Shown here piece by piece: positions 55,401 to 64,000 of a stretch of 64,000 nucleotides of DNA (position 1 is its first letter; each line of letters begins with the position of its first letter). The notes under the pieces are model-generated. The model was given only the letters and a program-made list of their open reading frames with translations, had not been told where the DNA came from and searched no databases. The position numbers and the translations under genes were made by a program. Source of the stretch: Balanoglossus misakiensis. Taxonomy: Eukaryota; Animalia; Hemichordata. The stretch covers positions 4,912,213-4,976,212 of the forward strand of contig CM082589.2 in the NCBI GenBank assembly GCA_040954595.2. The letters run 5' to 3'.

Positions 55401-56921
55401 TTCCTGAATTGAGTTGAAACCAAATCAAATCAAGTGAACCAAAACAAATTACGGACTGCCTTTGCCATTTGTCTTCAGCGGAAAATAAACGCATAGATCG
55501 AAGTCACGTAGGAGTGTCATTACGTTGAGAGAGATTGAATCAACGGGGGCACATTGATGGATAAAGAAAGCAGTCCGGGTTTATAGCTGAGTCTAGGAGA
55601 AGATTTTTGACTTACCCGTTTTATATATATATAATATAAAATAAGAAAATTTCTCTCAAACAGCTTTAGTGAATTCCCGTGTGAAAACAAAGTCAAGCAA
55701 AAGTGATATAATCTTTCCGCCTCTTGTCTAAAAGGATTATAGGTTCATATACGTTCATATACGCGCTTATTTATCTCTGCACTGATAACACATGCCCTGT
55801 TATTAACCGTCTTCTATTTTCTGCAGGAGGATGCAGACATGCAGTGGAAATACTCACGATCCCGTCTTTGGATAAGTTTCTATGAAGTCAATAAAGCGTT
55901 GCCACCGCCGTTCAATCTCTTCCCAACCGTACACTGCGTCAGGTCGTGGTTTTCGCCCAATAATAAGTTCTGTGGTGGCACTGAACGCAAGAAGGTCAGT
56001 TTCTACTTTTTCCCCATTTACTTCTTCAATAGAGAACTGGTCATGTTAAAGGCGGAAAAGTTACTCTGTTTATTAAACTCTGCACATAATCTCCTGCCCG
56101 TTCTCTGATAAAAACAAGTGTCAAGTTCCTCGGGTAGCACACTAGATGACGTTCACCTTGCTTCGGACTTGAGCAAGTGGACATGAATCGCAAAAGTTAG
56201 TTGAACCAGGACATCGATCACACTATACTAAGACAAGATGTTCACGTCACTGTTCGCATTTGCCTAACGAGCCATACATTTCGTGTTTGTTTTCTAGAAA
56301 AGGCAAAATATGATTGAGAAGATGGACAAGGAATATAAGGTAAACCAACGGAAATATTCATTTTAGAATGGCCACTTATAACTTTGATGGTGGTGGTGGT
56401 GGTGGTGGTGGTGGTGGTGGTGGTGGTGGTGGTGGTGATTTATCAAAGTATAGCTTTTCTTGTAGTGTAGGAAATGACTTGAACTAAAAGCTTCTGACCA
56501 GAACACACTTGTCTTCCCTGTGAAACAGGACGTTGTAAAGCAATTAGTGCACCGTTACATCTTCGGCATGAGGAGAGCGTCTGGGGAAGACGAGACCGCC
56601 AACCTACCAGATCCGTGGATAATGCAGCTCAAACAGGACGTTTCCGGTTTCAAGTACGACATGTTTGAAACGCTCGGCAACATGGACAGTAGGATGAAAC
56701 GCATTCAGCACACGGTGGACGATAAGAGCAAGGACAACATCGACGACCAGAAAGTGGGAAATGAAATGCTGCGTGATCTTGAGGGCGCTATAGCGGCGGC
56801 GGAAACGGAAATTCTACCGGTCAGGCCGCAGGTGTTCCGGAACCTGGCTAACTTGGACGACGAGATGCTCTACGTGGACCAAACCCAGGACGACTTCATC
56901 CAAGACACACCGGAGGTGTAA
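34405..56921 (+). CDS. Divergent TRPC-family (canonical TRP-like) cation channel, ~950 aa, 10 exons
   Basis: Exons 34405-34591, 46525-46655, 47874-48365, 51758-52142, 53029-53171, 53349-54061, 54189-54387, 55827-55994, 56298-56339, 56529-56921; 2853 nt in frame. Ankyrin repeats (NVNCIDSDGRTALVIAVQNGN, LGDSLLRAVD, DITPVVLAAHHNSYDILKLLL), YRALAS..SEDPIQTAF, KFIAHPHCQQRL, GPMQISLGRMMIDISKF, pore LFWTLFG, S6 IVVLLNILIAMMSNTY, TRP box QWKYSRSRLW and LPPPFNL. Confidence 0.93.
38033..38140. mobile_element. Tiny hairpin MITE, second copy
   Basis: TTAGGGGAGAACCATTTAATTTC ... AAATGTTTCTCCCCTAA, matching the TIRs at 21310-21406. Confidence 0.65.
44975..45021. repeat. (TGTC)n microsatellite
   Basis: About 11 TGTC units with one interruption. 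Similar arrays occur near 50603, 52179 and 59751. Confidence 0.9.
54488..54555 (+). repeat. Minisatellite, ~4 units of 16-18 bp (GTCCGTTGCTCACA(G/C)A..)
   Basis: GTTGCTCACAGAAGTCC-GTTGCTCACACAAAGTCC-GTTGCTTATGAGGTCC-GTTGCTCACAGAGTCC in TRPC intron 7. Confidence 0.8.
56389..56436. repeat. (GGT)n microsatellite
   Basis: 16 GGT units in TRPC intron 9. Confidence 0.95.
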
Positions 56922-58723
56922 CACTTTTAAAAACGAATACTACATGGTATTGTAAATAATGTAAGAAGCCGGGGATATCTTTGTCCAAGGCCAGTGGTCG
57001 CTTAGATAATATGGGGATTTCTAAGTGTTAATACCATGGGTATTAAAACTCAACTGGTCTTGAAAAGTCATCATGATAAAAAAACGCAAGTAAACGCTGA
57101 TAAGTTAGAAACTTCCAAAACTTATGAGGATCGAGCTTTGTGTCAGATTAAATATCAGTCAAATTAATAAGACCCGCAGTATAATATATAGAGCAACCCA
57201 CAGAACGCTTTTAGCTTCTACATTGTAGTTATGTCTGGAAGTAAAATGAGCTTAATTGAAATTCGTCTGTAGAACCTCACACAATAGCCTCGAGGCATTA
57301 CCTGTATATACATGTACCGGTCATTATGTGAGAGCAGCTACCATATTTTCGTCAGAGTCACTTAACTGCATTCTTGTTTGTAATATTTACATTTAGGAAT
57401 ATGTTTTGAATAAGTTGCATTTTCTGAACTTGGATTTTTATCCGGTCCCGTAAATAAAGGGTTTCCTAATACTAAATATATAAATCGAATTGAATTTCTG
57501 TCTGTGGCTTGTGCTAACGATTCCCTCACCGACCAAACACCACATCACCAGCATGCAGTGAATGTCTGGTCGGTGGTTCTAAGTTAGCAAACGTTTTGAA
57601 ATCTTAGCAGCACCATGTTTTCAAATGGGCTGTTATTATGGGTGGTTTTCTATGAAGCTTGATTGATTACGAGATACTACCGTCTGGGCAGGTTATACTG
57701 GCATGAATGTATAGCTGTAATAAAATTTTATTTGTTCACCCGAGCAGGTGATTAACACGACGTTAAATGGGTGACCGTGAAACTTTTGTGTGCACGTCCA
57801 GAAGGACAACTTTTCACCAAATGTCCATGAGTAGATTTTTCATTCGAAAAAAAAGTCTAGGCATTTCTAGATAAAATAGGACTGTCTCTATGCTTTTGAA
57901 AAGAAAAAAAGGTTCACACTCAACAATACACAGGGTCAAGGGGTTGATGCAAAGCCCTGTTGAATACAAGTCAACAGTATGGGTTGGTGTACACCGTATA
58001 TATAAGGACGCTAGTAACTGTGACGCAAAGTTCACGTGAACTGTGATTCACGATCACCCCATTTGACTCACTCGGAAGAGGTCAGTTAGTTCGCTCTTTC
58101 TTAAATCAGATAACACACCTGTCATAAATTTCGCTGTTGTAGCGCCAAAGGGCTTCAAGAGCATCTAACGTGTGTTCAATAAAAAGACGTAAATTTCCAC
58201 CTATGGGCAAAAGTAAACACATGGCAGACATATTATGGTATTTAATGTACATGTGACGAAATATCACCATAATGGAGTTGAAAAACAACTTGTAAGAAAT
58301 AATAAGAGTTGGTTTTCTCTTCAAGGCAATTTCAGTGCCATGTACATGTACATGTATATCGTTTTTATATGCTCGCCAAACACCGAAAGTAAAACAAAAG
58401 ACAACCGCAAATCCACGCAAAATCATGTGGAGATACTTGTCTGCGTTTTCCGGCAAAATTTGAAATTGTTCGCACAAGAATTCCGAACCAGTCATTACTC
58501 AGTCATGTCGCGTAGTTCTCAAGGTAAGTTGAAAGGTGGTGCCACCAGACAATGATTTGTAGGGTCCACCTACCAACAAGTGCCCCATAAACAGTCTAGT
58601 CTAATAAACACGTGACATGTAATTGATGCTACACGTCATAATACTGAGTGCATATATATACCTTTTACGCAAACACATATTTCATTGAGATCTCAACGCA
58701 GATCGGACCGAACTCACCTGGTC

Positions 58724-59750
58724 ATGGCCTTCGGCGTTACCGTCTGTATTTTGGCCGTGGTGATCGGCGTTGTCGTCGGGGCCCCAACGCCCACCGATAC
58801 GTATACACACGATGCCTTCTTAGATGAACTCGGCAAGTACCACCTGTACTGGAAATTCGACGATGCCACGATAACTTTCGAGGTGGTAGTTGAAACTCTC
58901 GGCTACGTCGGCTTTGGTATCTCTCCCAACGGCGGAATGGTCGGTTCTGATGTGGTCATCGGTTGGGTGAAGGACGGGAAGGCCTATTTAACGGTGAGAC
59001 AATTTCTCGTGTGTTTTTTTCTAATTCTTAAATAATGTCAACATTGTCTCTTGTTATCAGTTCATAATTGTATTTTGCCAATCTAAAATGGAAAAACAGT
59101 CTGGACCGTTACAAACATAGGACATCGGACGAACAATAAAGCATCGTTTAATACCACTTGATTGTGGTAAATAATCTCTGAACGTTTAATGTTTTAACAC
59201 AGGACCGCTTCGCAGAAGAAAAATTAGAACCAGTGATCGATGAAAGCCAGGATTACGAGCTCATTGGAGGTATGGAAACAGAGACACACACCGTGTTGAC
59301 GTTCTCTAGACGGATTGATACCTGTGATGATATGGACACTAAGATTACGGTTAGTGATCACATTTTTGTATTTTATGGAAGACGTCCATTTAGGTACTAC
59401 AGTGGGTGTTTTGAAGAGACACCAATATACCATGTTCCAATTGTTTCATTTTTGTAATCCTGATATTCTATCAAATATGACCGAAATCATTGTAACAACA
59501 ATCACACTTATGACGCAATCTATATACTTTTCCAGGCTGGTACCTTGCGTCTGATTTATGCTTACCACGCCGATGATCCAGAGGGTCAGACTGGCTTACC
59601 ATACCATGGTGAGCATCGCGGTGTTCGTAGTGTCCATTTGTTGGGCGTGGCACCAGAACTTCCGGAAATGCCAACCGGCGAAGACCTCTTCACTTTCGAG
59701 TTTCTCAACCCCAACGTAGGTTTTTGTCACCATGTCTTTCTTTTGCTTAG

Positions 59751-59794
<44 letters not shown>

Positions 59795-62700
59795 TTCTCA
59801 GCCAAGAGTTGTCTCTTCATACCAACAATATTCCGGGTTGTAAAGTTTACATAGGGGTCATGGAATGTGACCTATTGCATTCAAGTAGAAAAAGAACTAT
59901 TCAATGTATTGTTCGACAATTCTTCTCTCTCGTTCTACATAGTTTAGCGTGCCACATCATAAACATACGACATACTGGTGTCAAGCGTTCAAGATGCCGC
60001 AACTCGATCGGAAACATCACATGATTAAGGTTTGATTTTATATCCTTACGAATGTAATGATTGTGTCTCCCTTTTGGTCAAAAGTGTTATGATCACGTAT
60101 TACAACATGCTTGCAGAAGACAAAGACATGGAATATAGAAGAATAATGCTGACAATTATTAAACATAGACACTAACTGGACGGAGATCCCAACTGATGAA
60201 ATTATAGCGTGAGCTGTTGAATCCTTGGAAATGCAAGGTCCTAGTATGGGACTATGTCAATAATTCTCCGCTGTTTTGTTCTTACACGAATCATAAAGTG
60301 TACAAATAAATGTGTAATGTTTGGCTCAGCGAACGGGCCTCCTACACCAGTGTTTTTTTTTTACCCCAGTACGAGCCTGTAATTCAAGAGGGTCATGAGG
60401 CGTTGGTTCATCATATTATTGTGTATCAGTGCCGCCATGCCGTGGACGACGATATGGATGGTGTAGGGCACGAGTGTTACTCTCCCAATATGCCGGGCAA
60501 TTTGACGTGGTGCACAACAACCATCATCGCTTGGGCCATCGGAGGAGGGGTAAGAAAAACAAGGAAAAAGACTTGAAGATATCACGCTACAGACTGCATC
60601 AGTTGCTAGATACATCTTGGACTTTTTGTCAATAAACTTTTAATTTGCATATTAAGTTAATGTTTGTAATTTGTAATATATTTGTGAAGTTACGACACCA
60701 AACTGCAGGAAACATAGCATGAATATTGATCTAATAATGGACAGTAGGTGACAACGGTTCTGAGTGAGGTCATTTCTTTCAATCTTTCTTCAAGGGTTTC
60801 TACCTACCAGAGGAGGCAGGCTTCTCACTTGGTGATGTGGACAATGGCGATCCTGATTTTGTCCTCATGGAAACCCACTATGATAACCCGCAATACAGCG
60901 ACAGTAAGTGAACATGGAAAATTCACATCCTGCCACCATATCACATCTACACATCTATTAGTCATTGTGATACACGCTACCGATTTCAAGTTTTTACTGT
61001 TGAAGGACGCGCACCATGTACTAGCTCTCTACAGATGCTCACACTCAACCCATCTAATAATACTTGCTAGCCATATTACAGCTGTGTGCATAAAAAGGGC
61101 CTCGTTTACAAGTATGTATTTTACGTACATGTATACATTTATTTTGGAGGGTCGTGTACATCATGCGCGTGTCTTGAGGCTGAATCTCGGGGCTGAATCT
61201 GTGAATTTACTTTAATCGCAGCCTTCTACGACTCTTCCGGAATACGCATCTACTACACACCAATCTTACGTGACAACGACGCTGCCGTCCTCATGACCGG
61301 CAATTCCGTATCCCATTGGCACGCTATTCCTCCCGGGTCGTCAGCTGTCACCACATCCGGGTACTGTACCTACGAGTGCCTGAATGACGTAAGTACATTA
61401 GAACGGTTTATCAAAAATAACTTGTATCCGAAGATGATCGAACGATCCGATCAAGGGTATTGTATTATGTGGTTGTTACGAAAATACCGCAAAGTATTCA
61501 CGAGGACATAAGCGCCCTGCATCGCCCTGCGGCTGTGATACTTTTTATCATCTATCTCCATTCCAGGCACTTGGTGACGCACAAATCACAGTGTTCGGAT
61601 CACTGCTTCATGCTCATTTGGCCGGTGTAGGTATTCGTGCGCGTCATATCCGGGATGGTGTGGAACTACCTGTGATTGCAGAAGACACAACATATGACTT
61701 CAATTTCCAAGAAATGCGTCATCTCAAAGAACCAATCACCGTGAAATCGGTATGACATTATTCTGATATCAGTTTCGCATCTTGTGTGTCTCACAACCTC
61801 ATGAACTATTTTTTCGTGATCTTAACACAACGTTATATTTAATGCAGGGAGATGAACTGATTATTGAATGTACGTACGACACACAGTCACGATCGTCTAT
61901 GTTGTATGTAAGTATTATTTTGTAAACAGACGTGATTCGGTGTGGTATACCCAGTGAAAGATATTATTCGATAGCGTGACACACGATGCAAAATCTCGCC
62001 AAAATGAATAATCATTTTGGCGAGATTTTACTCTCATATCCTACAAACGGGATGGAAGTTGTGTGTGGTTGAACGTTGATTCACTATATATGCACATTCA
62101 GAATAACATAAATGGTGTCTTGTATAAAAAATAATGAATGGAACAAGGGCAGCGAGAGAGACTTTGTCCCCTTAAATGTCGTCTCATAATTGCTGATGTT
62201 GTTGCTGCTGTTCTTATAGGGTGGGCTATCTACGCAGAAAGAGATGTGTCTGGCCTTTATGTACTATTACCCCAAAAACCGACTTGCTGAGTGTTCGAGT
62301 GATTTTGTATTTGATATTGCTCTGAACATCCTCGTTGGGGTCACAAGTATAGATTACACGTGAGTATCTGAAGTACGAAACCTCGAAGTTTTGTTGTCTG
62401 TTTAAGTCTGACCTAGAGACCAGGATGATCTCAGTGAGCACTTTCTTAGAGGCCCATAGGCTGCAATTTTAGGGGAAATTTTATTTTCAAACAGTACACG
62501 ACATATCAATGTCGATAACGTAGATTTTAACTATGGAAGAAGACGGGGCTAATCAGTATAGCAAAGCTGACGGAGCCATATGTTTAGAATACATATTCAT
62601 TGCAGGGTTTTCCCTCCAGTGGTGTCTGAGCCCGCCGAGTATGCTGGCCGTTCCGTCTTTGACATCTTTGAAGGATTGGAATGGTCCCAAGACCAGGTGG

Positions 62701-63168
62701 AAATGTTAGAAGTTGCCTACCAATATGGCTACAGTAGCGTCTGCTCCAAAGGTGGTGGCGAATATTACCCTGTGAGTACACTGAGATTGGCCTAAGGTGA
62801 CCGTGTGATACATCGCAATGGAATTAATGAGATAACGATGCATAGAGTTTCTCTATCTTGTATACAGAATCTACCAAAGTAACACACGAATCTCTCTGTG
62901 TCTATCTCTCTCGCTCTCTGTGTCTATCTCTCTCGCTCTCCCTCCCCCCTCTCGCCTTCTTCCTCCATATCTCACTCACTCTCCCCCCTCCCCTTCACTC
63001 TATCATTCTCAGACCAACGGTCATTTTTCGTTTACAAGAAATGTGACGGAGCTACCAGATGAAGAGAGCGTGTGTAAGACCGTGTCTGCAGCCGCAAGAA
63101 ACAAACGCCAAGGCACAGCTATAACCTTGACTGTGCTTTCAATTCTTGGAACTGTGAATCTTTTCTAA
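58724..63168 (+). CDS. MOXD1: DBH-like copper type II monooxygenase (MOXD1-like), ~614 aa, 12 exons
   Basis: Exons 58724-58993, 59203-59349, 59536-59715, 59943-60029, 60370-60549, 60795-60903, 61222-61388, 61567-61749, 61848-61907, 62220-62359, 62606-62771, 63013-63168; 1845 nt in frame. Signal peptide, DOMON domain (GYVGFGISPNGGMVGSDVVIGWV), TTYWC, CuH ligands (LVHHII, METHYDNP), CuM ligands (LLHAHLAG, KEMC) and a hydrophobic C-terminal tail. Confidence 0.94.
59751..59794. repeat. (GTCT)n microsatellite
   Basis: 11 GTCT units in MOXD1 intron 3. Confidence 0.9.
61989..62175. mobile_element. Truncated copy of the 20080-20746 MITE (right arm plus collapsed mini-hairpin)
   Basis: AAAATCTCGCCAAAATGAATAATCATTTTGGCGAGATTTT, followed by the right arm ending GAGACTTTGTCCCC|TTAA. 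Confidence 0.8.
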
Positions 63169-64000
63169 TTGTTTTTGAAAGAACAACTTAGAGAAGTGAC
63201 GAAAACATTTAACTCAAATTGGTTCTTTATTTGTGTATAAAAATATAATGTGGTTATATAAGAATAAGGTAACCAAATACAGTATATAGTATTCAGGTAC
63301 TGCATTCAGCGCTCAACCGAGACCCATGACAAGTGTCATTTCTTATATCATGAAACGCCTTGAACAGGGATACAATTTACACATGAATTGAATCAGATGT
63401 ATTCATTTCTTGTCTAACTGTATCTTAATTGTCAACTAAATTGTTTTAATCCATGAATAAATGCTACCACTATTATAAGGACACTTGTGGTTACCGCTAG
63501 AACGGATTGCATACTTATAACTGAACCTGATAACTGAGATTATTCATTAAACAATATTCTCTTTAATATGGTCTCTTCATTAATATGCAAGCAACGCTGA
63601 CCAATATATTTTGCAATTTTAAAAACTGTAACTGCATGCATGTATAATACTTTAAACTTCTCTTGGATATCACGTTGACAGACACACACACAGACACACA
63701 TCAGTACGGCATTAGCGCACGTGGGTGAACACGTCGTCCAAATGTCCAAAGAAATCTCATTCAGCCTTTCCATCCATCAAACATAATATTAAAATGTTTG
63801 CGGCTACTGTTCAGGATAAGATACTGCTTATGATGTCCGCTTGTCGCTTGTTATGAATTTTTCACCCATTAAAAACGGATATGAGAATGTTGATGGCGGT
63901 AATAATCATCACAACAAGCGTCGCAATATTGTTATATCTGACTGCCGACTTTTTTTCCTCTTCGTCGATCTCGTCATCTTCAAAATTGACGAAATACTAA

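Noticed and set aside
56907-56921. C-terminal TPEV as a PDZ-binding motif
   Set aside because: Position -2 is Pro, which does not fit the class I (S/T-x-V) consensus.
57527-57575. Small hairpin CACCGACCAAACA..TGTCTGGTCGGTG as a pre-miRNA
   Set aside because: The stem is only ~13 bp with a large loop, too short for a pre-miRNA.

Overview
AT-rich, intron-rich animal genomic DNA, most likely from an invertebrate deuterostome (inferred from gene structure; not verifiable here). I assembled five spliced genes by hand using GT-AG junctions and reading-frame phase: (1) the 3' half of FAM91A1 (+, 117-4016); (2) a complete acyl-protein thioesterase LYPLA1/2 (-, 22393-11377, 223 aa); (3) a NIPAL2/3-type Mg2+ transporter, head-to-head with LYPLA (+, 23523-28602, ~359 aa); (4) a divergent TRPC-family channel (+, 34405-56921, ~950 aa, 12-kb first intron); (5) a MOXD1/DBH-like copper monooxygenase (+, 58724-63168, ~614 aa). 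Two signals stand out. First, a ~3.3-kb non-coding foldback palindrome (5461-8795, 27-bp loop) with mirrored 107-bp tandem arrays lies between the convergent 3' ends of FAM91A1 and LYPLA. Second, the TRPC-like channel has a ~150-aa S3-S4 loop with five N-glycosylation sequons and a furin-type RSRRHKR site, and it lacks the TRPC zinc motif. Several MITE families and microsatellites are also present. Most entries in the ORF track are noise or exon fragments.
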